Shown here: piece by piece, positions 30,381 through 40,225 of the stretch
Position numbering within the stretch: position 1 is the stretch's first letter
Layout: every line of letters begins with the position of its first letter
From: Candidatus Omnitrophota bacterium
GTDB lineage: Bacteria > Omnitrophota > Gorgyraeia > B26-G9
Assembly: GCA_016213925.1 (NCBI GenBank)
Contig: JACQZH010000013.1
Location: forward strand, 14,034 to 78,033
Length of the DNA stretch: 64,000 nucleotides
Direction of reading: 5' to 3'
Translations under genes and position numbers: made by a program
The notes under the pieces: model-generated
The model's input: the letters and a program-made list of their open reading frames with translations, nothing else
Told to the model about the DNA's origin: nothing
The model's database searches: none

Positions 30381-31088
30381 ATGAAAGCAGTTATTTTAGC
30401 CGGAGGATTTGGAACCCGTCTTAAGCAAACAGTGAAAGATTTACCAAAGCCTATGGTAGATGTGGATGGAAAACCGTTTTTGGAATATCTGGTTTTGCAG
30501 CTTAAGAAGTGGGATATCAAAGAAGTCGTGCTTTGTGTGGGTTATTTAAAAGAGGTTATTAAAGGCTATTTTAATGACGGCAGTAAATGGGGCTTAAATA
30601 TCTCTTATTCTGAAGAGAATTCTCCTTTAGGCACTGGAGGGGCTTTAAGACAGGCAATGTGTTTGTGTAATGAAGATGATTTTCTTGCCATGAACGGAGA
30701 TTCTTTTTTGGATGTAGATTTTGATAAAATCATTTCGTTTCATCGTAAAAAAAGCGCTTTGGCGACTTTGAGCTTAATTAAAGTTGAGGATGTAAACCGT
30801 TATGGAAGGATATCAATCAATGTTGAAAATGAGGTCATTGAATTTTGCGAAAAAGGCAATAGCGGGCAGGGTTTTATCAATGCAGGGGTGTATGTTTTTA
30901 GTAAGGAAATAATTGAGCATATTCCGCTGGGTAAGGTTTCACTGGAACATGAAGTTTTGGCTAAACTTATCAATAAAAAATTTTACGGGGTGGGAATTGA
31001 AGGATTTTTTTCAGATATAGGTACCCCTGATTCTTACAAGCGTATTTCAGAAAATCCGGCCGGTTTATATAACGCATTGGGGTTATGA
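30381..31088 (+). CDS. hddC: Sugar-1-phosphate guanylyltransferase (HddC-like)
   Basis: LAGGFGTRL, PKPM, PLGTGGA, NGDS, INAGVY, DIGTP, near hddA. Confidence 0.78.
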   Translation: MKAVILAGGFGTRLKQTVKDLPKPMVDVDGKPFLEYLVLQLKKWDIKEVVLCVGYLKEVIKGYFNDGSKWGLNISYSEENSPLGTGGALRQAMCLCNEDDFLAMNGDSFLDVDFDKIISFHRKKSALATLSLIKVEDVNRYGRISINVENEVIEFCEKGNSGQGFINAGVYVFSKEIIEHIPLGKVSLEHEVLAKLINKKFYGVGIEGFFSDIGTPDSYKRISENPAGLYNALGL

Positions 31089-31095
31089 ATAAAAT

Positions 31096-31665
31096 ATGAG
31101 CAAAACGTTAATAATACTTATAATTTTTATAAATGTTATAGTATTTTTTAACTGCGATATTTTAGTAGGAGGTAATATAGTTTTAGTTCCAAACCAGGGG
31201 CCTGAAATAATTTTCAAAAAGTTTAATCCGACTAAATATTTAGTAAAAGTGCAAGGCGCAAAAAAGCCTTTTTGGCTGGTATTCAGTGAAGGTTTTCACT
31301 CTGAATGGAAGCTGTATAAGTGCCAATCAATTGATTGCGGGCCAGAATTTTTTTCGGAAGTTGATCTGGAATACCCGGATATTAGTGTAAAAGAATCAAA
31401 GCCATTTTTTAAGTTTACTCCGGGGGATATTAAGTTTTTGTTTGAAAAACCTTTTGACATTATTCATGAGGAGGTAAATGAATATTCAAACGGCTGGTAT
31501 ATAGACCCGGATAAGCTTGGGCTGGGAGAGGATTTTACGTTTGTGCTGTTTTTTTATCCGCAAGCGTTTTTTTATCTGGGGTTTTTAATCTCTATTGGTT
31601 CGTTTTTGTGCTGTTTAGTTTGTTATATTACTGGTTTTCTGAATAGAAAAAATCGAGTGAGATAA
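31096..31665 (+). CDS. Stand-alone membrane protein resembling the C-terminal domain of AftD/YfhO-like proteins
   Basis: NPTKYLVKV...PFWLVFSEGF...W...H..VNEYSNGWYI...YPQ followed by a TM helix. N-terminal hydrophobic segment. Confidence 0.55.
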   Translation: MSKTLIILIIFINVIVFFNCDILVGGNIVLVPNQGPEIIFKKFNPTKYLVKVQGAKKPFWLVFSEGFHSEWKLYKCQSIDCGPEFFSEVDLEYPDISVKESKPFFKFTPGDIKFLFEKPFDIIHEEVNEYSNGWYIDPDKLGLGEDFTFVLFFYPQAFFYLGFLISIGSFLCCLVCYITGFLNRKNRVR

Positions 31666-31685
31666 GTGACCGAAGAAGGGCTATT

Positions 31686-32720
31686 ATGAGCAAAAATGTT
31701 AACGGATATGACTATAATCTGAAATTCAGAAAGTTTAAAGGGCTGGTTTTTAGTTTTGGGTTATCTTTTGCTTTTATAGTTAGTGTCTCAGCGTTTTTTC
31801 TGATTGGAGATATTAGTAAGGAAAAGATTGTAAATATTGAAGGGGAGTTTCCGGTCAGAGGCAATAGTTTCAGCAGAGAGTTTAACTTGCCTGAAAACAG
31901 TGATTATATAGTAAACATAAAATATGCTTCCGGAAATACGGAAATGGAGAGGGTAACTTTAAACGGCAAAATCTTGGAAGGCAGGATATCAAATATATCC
32001 AAAAGCTTGATTTCCAGCAGGTATTTTTATGCGCCTAAAAATATTATTCTTCCTAAAAACAAACTGGAGATAAAGTTTTTTCCTTGCGGGCCGCAGACAA
32101 TTGATTTACGTTTTAGAAATTATCTTACTTTTTTTGCCGAAGGGAACGCGGTGGCGGCTCTTAGAGAAAATCCTTTTCGATTTAACGAGAAATATGCGTT
32201 AATGTTTAATGTGATTTTATTTTTCGCAGCGGTTCTTTTTATGTGGTATTTTATTTTTAATTTTGAAGTTAAATTTCTAGGAATTTCTTTGCAGTATGCG
32301 ATTATTAACAATCTGTTATCTTTTATTTTTCCTGTGTTTTTATGTGTGGTGCTTGGCTTAGTCTCAAAATTAAGCCCGTATTTAGTAATTATGAACAATG
32401 GTTATTTATTACTGGCTTTCATGGTATTTGTCGGAGTGATTAATCTGCTGGTTAATATTATTTGCGTTTATTTTGAAGGGGCTGTTTTGAAAGTTGAAAC
32501 ACTTGAGTTCGCAGTTATAAGAAAATCTCTGTTCTGGTTTAAAAAGTTGTTATTTACCGATAAAATTGTGATAATTTTTATGGCGGTTATTATAGCAGGT
32601 GCGATTATTCTGTGCTTAGGATTGACTAAAATAGCTGAGATTGCGGCAAATACAGCATACTTTTTGATATTAAGTGCGGTTTTATTGCGATTGGTTGGAA
32701 GTGTTGCCTGGAAAGAATGA
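31686..32720 (+). CDS. Hypothetical membrane protein sharing the N-terminal module of 20330..22504
   Basis: TM helix, beta domain (DYIVNIK..VTLNG..KNKLEIK..RNYL versus DVYLLKVK..ISVNG..NRLVVK..SNYL), then further TM helices. Confidence 0.55.
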   Translation: MSKNVNGYDYNLKFRKFKGLVFSFGLSFAFIVSVSAFFLIGDISKEKIVNIEGEFPVRGNSFSREFNLPENSDYIVNIKYASGNTEMERVTLNGKILEGRISNISKSLISSRYFYAPKNIILPKNKLEIKFFPCGPQTIDLRFRNYLTFFAEGNAVAALRENPFRFNEKYALMFNVILFFAAVLFMWYFIFNFEVKFLGISLQYAIINNLLSFIFPVFLCVVLGLVSKLSPYLVIMNNGYLLLAFMVFVGVINLLVNIICVYFEGAVLKVETLEFAVIRKSLFWFKKLLFTDKIVIIFMAVIIAGAIILCLGLTKIAEIAANTAYFLILSAVLLRLVGSVAWKE

Positions 32721-35185
32721 AAATGTTTAAAATAGACGCGGTTAAAAATAATAGCCTGGTAATTATTTTTTTTATTTTTTTAAGCCTGGTTGCTACATTT
32801 CCGCTTGTATTGAATTTTTCCGGACAGATTTACGGCGATGCGAAAGATGCTTTGGGTGCAGTTTGGAATTTCTGGTGGATTAATTATGCAAAAATAAACA
32901 AAATCTCTCCGACAACAATTTCCTCATTGGTTTTTCCATTCGGCACTGATTTGAGTTCAGGGATTGATTATCCGGTTTGGAATCTGCTGAATTTATATTT
33001 AACTTATATTCTAGGGGAAATTGCTGCGTATAATCTGCAGATTTTATTTGGATTTATATTTTCCGGACTTGCGATGTATTATCTGGTTTTCTTTTTTACT
33101 AAAGATGTATATGCTTCAGTCCTTAGCGGTTTGATATTTACGTTTTCCCCGTATCATTTTGCGCATGCGTTTGAGCATCTTGGCTTATCTAATATGCAAT
33201 GGGTGGTTTTGTATATTTTGTGCTTATTCAATTTTCAAAGGCAGACAACATATAAGAATGCTGTTATTTGCGGTTTTGCTTTTTCGATTGTAGGATTTTT
33301 TGATTATTATTATTTATATTTTATGCTTATTTTTACAGCTTTATTTTTAGTGTATTGTTTTTTCTATTTTCGCGCTGATTTAAAAGTTTTTGGCAGTGGC
33401 AAGATAAAAGCAGTTTTTTTAGCGGTTGTTAATGCTGTGCTATGCTTGCTCCCGTTTATTTACAATATCGTAAAGCTGTCTTTTTTTGTTCAAAGCGCTG
33501 AAAAGCCGCAAGCATTTACTTATACGCGTCCGTTCGGGCATTTATTTGCTGATTCTGCGCGTTTATTGGACTATTTTTTACCGGCGCATTTCCATCCTTT
33601 TTTAGGCAGAATAACTAAACCGTTTATAGGATCATTTTTATATGGTGATAATCCGCCGGAACAGACGTTGTATTTGGGATTTGTCGGGCTGATTCTGGCT
33701 TTTTTGGGGTGGTGGAAGCGTGGAAAAGGGCGATACCTGGTAGGTTTGTCTGACTTAAAAAAGGAAGAAAATTTCATAATAACTTTTTTTTCGTTTTCAT
33801 TTATTGCGTTTATGATATGTTCGTTTCCTCCGTATCTTGAAATTGGAAAAATTTTCTTACCGTTTCCTTCATTTTTTTTATATAAAATATTTCCGATGTT
33901 CAGAAATTATGCGCGTATGGGTATGCTGGTTTTAATTTCTATGTGTGTTTTGACCGGATTCGGACTGAGATATGTTTTTGATAAAATTGATTCTAGCCGG
34001 AAAAGAGGAATTTTGGTTTGTTTGCTGGGGGTGGTAGTATTTTTTGAATTTCTGCCGTATCCGCCGGTTAGAGTAATTGATGTGAGTAATACTCCGGCAC
34101 TGTATAAATGGCTTAAAAACCAGCCGGCAGATACTGTTATCGCGGAATATCCTTTGGACGCTGATATTCGCGCGTATATTTTGTATCAGCGTGTCCATGA
34201 GAAAAAGCTGATTAACGGTGCGCTGCCTGGTACATATGCTTATGAAGTTTTTCAAAAAATAATTGATATTGAAAACCCGAATACAGCAGGTATTTTAAGT
34301 TTTCTCGGAGCAAAATATATTATTATTCATAAGGATAGATACCAGGCTTATGAAGGAGGTAATGTTTTGGGAAGAGCCCCTGATTTAAGCGCACAAGCTT
34401 CATTTAGGCTGGTTAAAAGTTTTGGCCCGGCAGATGTTTATGAAATAAATGCAGAAAAAATTGATCCTAAAACTGTAAAGGTAAAAGAAGCGCAAAAGGA
34501 TATTTTAGAAAATAGCAGGTATCAAAAAGAAAAAAATAACGAATGTGAAAGTCTTAATAACAGCGTATACCAGGTCAATTATTTCTGGTTTATCCCTGCT
34601 TTTGACGTCAATATCTGCAAAAGAGAAAATATTGCGGATATATCCACGGCAGTTTTAATTGCGCAGGTTAAGAGTACGGATTTTTTCTCGAATTTTTTTA
34701 AAATGAAAGGAAAGTATGTTTCGGTTTTTGATGTTAAAAATTTATATCCGCTCGAATACAGTGAAGAGGTATTAATAAAGGAGAATAAAAAAAGGGAAAA
34801 ACATGTGGTTTTTGACCATAAAAATCTTTTTATGCAGGCAAAGGATAAAATGGTCAATATATTCCCCGGAACACAGGACCCTGTTTCTATGTTCTTTTTT
34901 ATTCCGGAGCAACAGTTTGAAAAGCACAAAAAGATTATAACTTATGTCAATCCGGGTAAATCTAATTATAAAATGCAGATGGAAGTTATCGGTAAAGAAA
35001 AGATAACCTTAAATGGCTTTCAAAAAAGCTGCTGGAAAATAGAGGGTGAGTTTTTTAAAGTAAAAGAAACTGATATGAAAATTGGTTCTTTGGTGTTTTG
35101 GATTGATGAGGAATCGCGGAACAGAAAAATCCATCGGCTTCAAATCTATTCTAAAATCGGGGTGCTTAATCTAATACTCAAATAA
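32717..35185 (+). CDS. GT-C-like membrane protein with a C-terminal DUF3108-like domain
   Basis: ATFP..GD..WNFWW, FSPYHF, YLG, FPMFRNYAR, IAEYPL, TQDPVSMFF. Confidence 0.65.
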   Translation: MKMFKIDAVKNNSLVIIFFIFLSLVATFPLVLNFSGQIYGDAKDALGAVWNFWWINYAKINKISPTTISSLVFPFGTDLSSGIDYPVWNLLNLYLTYILGEIAAYNLQILFGFIFSGLAMYYLVFFFTKDVYASVLSGLIFTFSPYHFAHAFEHLGLSNMQWVVLYILCLFNFQRQTTYKNAVICGFAFSIVGFFDYYYLYFMLIFTALFLVYCFFYFRADLKVFGSGKIKAVFLAVVNAVLCLLPFIYNIVKLSFFVQSAEKPQAFTYTRPFGHLFADSARLLDYFLPAHFHPFLGRITKPFIGSFLYGDNPPEQTLYLGFVGLILAFLGWWKRGKGRYLVGLSDLKKEENFIITFFSFSFIAFMICSFPPYLEIGKIFLPFPSFFLYKIFPMFRNYARMGMLVLISMCVLTGFGLRYVFDKIDSSRKRGILVCLLGVVVFFEFLPYPPVRVIDVSNTPALYKWLKNQPADTVIAEYPLDADIRAYILYQRVHEKKLINGALPGTYAYEVFQKIIDIENPNTAGILSFLGAKYIIIHKDRYQAYEGGNVLGRAPDLSAQASFRLVKSFGPADVYEINAEKIDPKTVKVKEAQKDILENSRYQKEKNNECESLNNSVYQVNYFWFIPAFDVNICKRENIADISTAVLIAQVKSTDFFSNFFKMKGKYVSVFDVKNLYPLEYSEEVLIKENKKREKHVVFDHKNLFMQAKDKMVNIFPGTQDPVSMFFFIPEQQFEKHKKIITYVNPGKSNYKMQMEVIGKEKITLNGFQKSCWKIEGEFFKVKETDMKIGSLVFWIDEESRNRKIHRLQIYSKIGVLNLILK

Positions 35186-35224
35186 GACAGGCTATAATAG
35201 GGGTTATCACTGGAAACAAAATTT

Positions 35225-37750
35225 ATGATAAAAAAAGTTATAATGAAATTGAAGAATAGCCCGGTTATTAAAGTGCATTTATTGGTTATTCTTTTGTATG
35301 TTTTCCTGAGTATCTACGCCACTTTCCCTGTTATTCTTAAGATGAAAACGTCTTTTTACGGCTCAACCATGGATACCCTGGCCTGGATATGGAAATTTTG
35401 GTGGCTAAAATATTCATATTTGCATAATATGGCATCACTGAAGAGCTCGATGATTTCCTATCCTTTTGTTATGAAACTGCCGTTTTTATATCCAATATGG
35501 GACTTTATAAGCCGATGGTTAAGTTTATTTATCGGAGAGATAGCTAACTATAATTTACAGGTACTATTCAGCTTTTTTCTTTCCGGATTATCGCTGTATT
35601 ATCTGGTATTCTATTTTACAAAACATCAATGGGCGGCATTTTTCTGCGGAGCTGCTTTTACCCTTTCTCCATACCATTTTGCCCGTTCATGGGATCATCT
35701 ATGCTTATCTAATATGCAATGGATGGTTTTTTATGTTTTGACGCTTTTTGTCCTTAAAGATAGAAGTAATAACAAAAATGCAGTTTTGCTCGGTCTGTAT
35801 TTTTTGCTGATTGGGCAATTCAGCAGTTTTTATTATAACTATTTTATGATCATTTTTACCGCCTTATTTCTGCTTGCGATAGTATTTTTAAGCAAAGACA
35901 ATTCAGGAAAGCGTGATATAAGGGAGTTGAAAAAAATTATATCACGGATGGGGATCAGCGGCCTGGTTATAATTGCCGGAATGCTGCCACAATTATGGAG
36001 CAGTTTAAGGGCAATATTTTTTTCGGATGTCTCTACAGGGATTGTCGGGGTTATAAGGTATTTTAAAGACTTGTTTTCTGATTCTGCAACTCCTTTAAAT
36101 TATTTTTTACCAGCAGTTTATAACCCGTTTCTAGGCAGAATTACCCAGCCGTTTTTAGGTACTTTCTTGTATGGTGAAAACAGCGGAGGAGAGCAGTCGC
36201 TTTTTTTAGGTTATGTGCCGCTTGTTTTAGCTATATTCGGATTTTTAAAATGGAAAGGCAGAAGAAAAGACAGTCCTGATGCCCGGGGAGAAAATTTCAC
36301 AGTGCCATTTTTTTATTTTTGTTTTTTCGCATTTATGGTTATTTCTTTTAGGCCTTATTGGGGAGATAAAAGCGGGATTATAATTCCTTTTCCATCCTTT
36401 ATCCTTTTTAAAATTTTCCCCATGTTTCGTAATTATGCCCGTTTTGGGGTTTTGGTTATGCTTTCAGTATGTGTGTTAGCAGGGTTTGGATTGAAAGACC
36501 TGATGTGTTCGATTAAGAGTAAAAGTAAAAAAATAATAGTATATTGTTCCCTCTTTTTGGTTATGCTTTTTGAATTCTTAAACTTTCCTCCGTACAGGGT
36601 AAATAATGTTGCTGATGTGCCTGAGGTTTATAATTGGTTAAAAATTCAGGATGGAGATAGAGTTATCGCAGAATATCCTTTAGAGGCAGATGATCGCTGG
36701 TATTTTTATTATCAAAGGACACATGAAAAGAAAATAATAAACTATTTTGTTCCGGGCACTGAATCTGCACAGGTCAGAAAGAAGATTCTTGATATTGAAA
36801 AAGACTATGTTCCCGGAGTTTTGAAATTTCTAGGTGTTGACTATGTTTTTATTCATAAAGATAAATATCTGGCATATGAAGGAGGCACTGTTTTAGGACA
36901 AGTCCCGGATTTGAGCAGGCAATCCGGATTAAAGCTCATAAAAACCGGTGCGGATATAGATGTGTATGAAATAACCGCATATGCCTATAGTCCTGATAAT
37001 GTTCTTATTGAGAAACAGGGAGAAAACGGGCAGCCGGTTACCATTATGCCGGAAACAGAAGTTATAGTCTCCAGAGATAGTCTGGGAAATTTCAGGTTTA
37101 ATGCAGGAACAAAATTAAGTTATGTGATAAAATATTTTAGTATTTTACCGGTTTTGAAATTAGATATAACTATTGACGGACAAGATGAGGGTAGCGGTGC
37201 CCAGGATATTTTAATAAATGCGTTTTTGAGGACAGAGAGATTAATTGAGCCATTTTTTGATTTAGAGGGCAGAGCACAATCTTATTTCGATGGGGCAAGT
37301 TTATGCAGCCGCCGGTATAAAGAAATATTGAAAATGAAAAATCGCAGCGATAAAACACGTGAAATGATTTTTGAGCAGAAGGAACATATTTTGACTGTTA
37401 ACGCTGATAAAAGGAAGATTTATCCATATACGCAGGATCCGCTTTCGCTGATGTTTTTCTTTTCGTCTTTGGATTTTAATAAAATAAAAAATGCCGAAGC
37501 TTTCGTAAACGCCGGCAAGACTAATTATAAGCTGTTGGTAAAGGTTGAGGGAAAAGAGGATATTGAGGTCAATGGCAGGCAATATTCATGCTGGAAGTTA
37601 AGCGGAGAATATTTTAAACTAAAAAAAGGAACGAAAAAGTTTGCTGATCTTACTGCCTGGCTAGAGAACTCAAAAGAGCAGAGGCTTTTATTCTTAAGAG
37701 CCTTCAGCAAGTTGGGGATTATTAGCCTGGAGTTAAAGGAGAACAATTAA
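35225..37750 (+). CDS. Tandem paralogue of the preceding GT-C/DUF3108-like protein
   Basis: Collinear motifs: ATFP..D..WKFWW, SPYHF, LSNMQW, FPMFRNYAR, IAEYPL, YEGG.VLG..PDLS.Q, TQDPLS. Confidence 0.65.
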   Translation: MIKKVIMKLKNSPVIKVHLLVILLYVFLSIYATFPVILKMKTSFYGSTMDTLAWIWKFWWLKYSYLHNMASLKSSMISYPFVMKLPFLYPIWDFISRWLSLFIGEIANYNLQVLFSFFLSGLSLYYLVFYFTKHQWAAFFCGAAFTLSPYHFARSWDHLCLSNMQWMVFYVLTLFVLKDRSNNKNAVLLGLYFLLIGQFSSFYYNYFMIIFTALFLLAIVFLSKDNSGKRDIRELKKIISRMGISGLVIIAGMLPQLWSSLRAIFFSDVSTGIVGVIRYFKDLFSDSATPLNYFLPAVYNPFLGRITQPFLGTFLYGENSGGEQSLFLGYVPLVLAIFGFLKWKGRRKDSPDARGENFTVPFFYFCFFAFMVISFRPYWGDKSGIIIPFPSFILFKIFPMFRNYARFGVLVMLSVCVLAGFGLKDLMCSIKSKSKKIIVYCSLFLVMLFEFLNFPPYRVNNVADVPEVYNWLKIQDGDRVIAEYPLEADDRWYFYYQRTHEKKIINYFVPGTESAQVRKKILDIEKDYVPGVLKFLGVDYVFIHKDKYLAYEGGTVLGQVPDLSRQSGLKLIKTGADIDVYEITAYAYSPDNVLIEKQGENGQPVTIMPETEVIVSRDSLGNFRFNAGTKLSYVIKYFSILPVLKLDITIDGQDEGSGAQDILINAFLRTERLIEPFFDLEGRAQSYFDGASLCSRRYKEILKMKNRSDKTREMIFEQKEHILTVNADKRKIYPYTQDPLSLMFFFSSLDFNKIKNAEAFVNAGKTNYKLLVKVEGKEDIEVNGRQYSCWKLSGEYFKLKKGTKKFADLTAWLENSKEQRLLFLRAFSKLGIISLELKENN

Positions 37751-37819
37751 AAGCGGTTATTCGCGGGAAAAAATTTTATGAATTTTTCTAAAAGTGCTAT
37801 TAAAGAAAGGAAAGTTAAA

Positions 37820-38185
37820 ATGATTTCGATTGCTTTGTTAATTTTAACTGTATTTATTGCGGCGCTTGGACAGATTCTTCTTAAAAAAGGCATGATTACT
37901 GTAGGTGTAATTTCCCAAGATATTACTTTGTTCAAATATTTTTTTAAAGCTTTTACTAATGTGTATATAATTACCGGGATGATCCTGTATTTTTTGGGTA
38001 CCTTTATCTGGTTAGCGGTTTTGGCAAGGGTGCCGCTTAGCATTGCATATCCGTGTTTGGCTTTAGGATATGTTTTTGTGGCATTGGCGTCAAAAGCGTT
38101 CTTTAATGAAGAGATTGCCATGATCCGCTGGGTTGGAATAATAGTTATATGCCTGGGTGTATTTTTAATCTCAAGGTCGGTTTGA
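37820..38185 (+). CDS. SMR/EamA-family small transporter (ArnE/ArnF-like flippase subunit)
   Basis: GQILLKKG, W..VL..VPLSIAYP, four TM helices. Start ATG 37820 follows AAGGA. Confidence 0.8.
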   Translation: MISIALLILTVFIAALGQILLKKGMITVGVISQDITLFKYFFKAFTNVYIITGMILYFLGTFIWLAVLARVPLSIAYPCLALGYVFVALASKAFFNEEIAMIRWVGIIVICLGVFLISRSV

Positions 38186-38188
38186 GCG

Positions 38189-39316
38189 ATGGAAGAAGTA
38201 GATGTGATCATTATCGGAGCCGGAGTGGTGGGCTTGAGCATCGCGGCTCGTGTTGCTGATTGCCGGCGTTCGGTGTTTGTCTTGGAAAAAAACGACTCTT
38301 TCGGCAGGGAAACCAGCAGTAGGAACAGTGAAGTTATCCATGCGGGGATGTATTATGAGCAGGGTTCTCTAAAAGCCAAGATGTGCGTTGAGGGGAACAG
38401 ATTATTGTATCAGATTTGTTCAGAGCATAATATTCCGCATCGTAAGACCGGAAAATTAATTGTTGCCACCCGCAAAGATGAAGAAACTCAATTATTAAAA
38501 TTAGAGCAAAAGGGAAAAGAGAATAATGTCCCTGGATTAAGGATGGTCTCGCAAAAAGAGGTAAATAAAATAGAGCCTAACGTAAAAGCGTTGTCAGCTC
38601 TTTATTCGCCGTTAACCGGGATTATCGATACACATAAATTAATGGAATATTTCATCTATGTTTTAAAAGAAAAAGGAGCGGATATCTCCTACGGTTCTGA
38701 AGTGATAAAAATAAATAAAATTAAAGAAGGATACGAGGTTACGGTAAAGGATTCATCAGGAGATATGTTCAGCTTTTGTAGCAGGGTTGTGATAAATAGC
38801 GCGGGCCTTGATAGCGATAAAATCGCTCAAATGGCGGGGATTGATATAAATAAAGAAAAATACAACTTGAAATATTGCAAAGGGCAGTATTTCAGAGTGG
38901 CGAATTCTCAAAAATGCAAACTTATCAACCGCTTGATATATCCTGTGCCTGAAATGGAAAAAGGGGGGCTGGGAATACATGCAACTATGGATTTGGCCGG
39001 TAGTGTGCGTCTTGGCCCGGATACCGCTTATCTTACAGGCAATATAATAAACTACGATGTTGATCTTAGCCAGAAGAAAAAATTCTTTGATTCTGTGTCG
39101 CAGTTTTTACCGTTTCTGGATGAAAAAGATTTAGTTCCTGATTTAGCCGGGATTAGGCCGAAACTTCAGGGTAAAGGCGAGCCGTTCCGGGATTTTGTTA
39201 TTAAAGAGGAAAGTGAATTAGGATATCCGGGATTGATCAATCTTATCGGTATAGAATCTCCGGGATTAACCGCAGCAGTGTCAATAGCGGATTATGTGAA
39301 AAATTTGTTAAGGTAA
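38189..39316 (+). CDS. FAD-dependent oxidoreductase (L-2-hydroxyglutarate oxidase-like)
   Basis: IIGAGVVG, ETSSRNSEVIHAG, KGQYF, LGIHAT, GIRPKL, GIESPGLT. Confidence 0.85.
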   Translation: MEEVDVIIIGAGVVGLSIAARVADCRRSVFVLEKNDSFGRETSSRNSEVIHAGMYYEQGSLKAKMCVEGNRLLYQICSEHNIPHRKTGKLIVATRKDEETQLLKLEQKGKENNVPGLRMVSQKEVNKIEPNVKALSALYSPLTGIIDTHKLMEYFIYVLKEKGADISYGSEVIKINKIKEGYEVTVKDSSGDMFSFCSRVVINSAGLDSDKIAQMAGIDINKEKYNLKYCKGQYFRVANSQKCKLINRLIYPVPEMEKGGLGIHATMDLAGSVRLGPDTAYLTGNIINYDVDLSQKKKFFDSVSQFLPFLDEKDLVPDLAGIRPKLQGKGEPFRDFVIKEESELGYPGLINLIGIESPGLTAAVSIADYVKNLLR

Positions 39317-39377
39317 TTTCTAAATCAGAAAAAATATTGATACTCCGATACCAAACATTAGGATGATTCATTCGCGC

Positions 39378-39420
39378 TTGACAATTAGTTAAATATGTAC
39401 TAAAATTTATATATAACTAA
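39378..39420 (+). promoter_or_regulatory. Sigma70-type promoter of the TA pair with an overlapping inverted repeat
   Basis: TTGACA (39378-83), 17 bp, TAAAAT (39401-06). Inverted repeat TTAGTTAAATAT (39385-96) / ATATATAACTAA (39409-20), 11 of 12 matching. Confidence 0.75.
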
Positions 39421-39436
39421 ACTATAATACATAATT

Positions 39437-40225
39437 ATGAATGACAAAATATCCAATCTTTTACAAATAAGAGAAGTATTTCACCTGGAATTCTTAAGAT
39501 GGTTTGGAAGAAAAATTAAACCGGCGTGGTACGCTCTTAAAGGCGGGGTGAATTTACGTTTTTTCTTTAATAGTTTTCGATATTCGGAAGATATGGATTT
39601 AGATATCCATACTGTAAAAGTAGTGATTTTAGCCGATGTTGTTATGGGAATACTGCAATCCGTATCTTTTCAGGATAGCCTTAGGCCGTTTGGAATCGAA
39701 AAAATAATTCCTCCAAATATTACAAAAGCAAAACAAACGCAGACGACCCAAAGATTTAAAATCCATTTAATTACCCCCGCGAATGAGGATTTTTTTACTA
39801 AAATTGAATTTTTACGCAGGGGATTTAAAGGAGAAGTTGTTGTTCAGACGGTATCAACCCCTATTTTACGTTTATATAAGTCATCGCCATTAGTAGTTCC
39901 TCATTATGACGCGCAATCTGCGATAATTCAAAAAATAGAAGCTCTTTCAACAAGAGTAATGGTGCAAGCAAGGGATATTTTTGACTTATATATGTTAGCT
40001 TCTTACTATAAACCTTTGGAAAAAAAACAGATTAAAATGGATTTGGTTAAATTTAAAAAAGCGTGTGAAAATGTTTTTACGGTTAGTTTTGAGCAGTTTC
40101 GGGATACAGTAATTTCTTATTTGGCGGCGGATGAGCAGGCGGTATACGCCGAGGCTTCCTTATGGGATGAGATAAAACTGAAAGTTTGCGCTTTTATTGA
40201 GGAAATCCGAAAAACTCATGGCTAA
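39437..40225 (+). CDS. AbiEii/AbiGii-family nucleotidyltransferase toxin
   Basis: LKGGVNL..RYSEDMDLD, KIEAL..R...RDIFDL. Confidence 0.85.
   Translation: MNDKISNLLQIREVFHLEFLRWFGRKIKPAWYALKGGVNLRFFFNSFRYSEDMDLDIHTVKVVILADVVMGILQSVSFQDSLRPFGIEKIIPPNITKAKQTQTTQRFKIHLITPANEDFFTKIEFLRRGFKGEVVVQTVSTPILRLYKSSPLVVPHYDAQSAIIQKIEALSTRVMVQARDIFDLYMLASYYKPLEKKQIKMDLVKFKKACENVFTVSFEQFRDTVISYLAADEQAVYAEASLWDEIKLKVCAFIEEIRKTHG

Noticed and set aside
37351-37366. parS-like TAAAACACGTGAAATG
   Set aside because: Only the CACGTGAAA core matches TGTTNCACGTGAAACA; it is not palindromic and lies inside a CDS.
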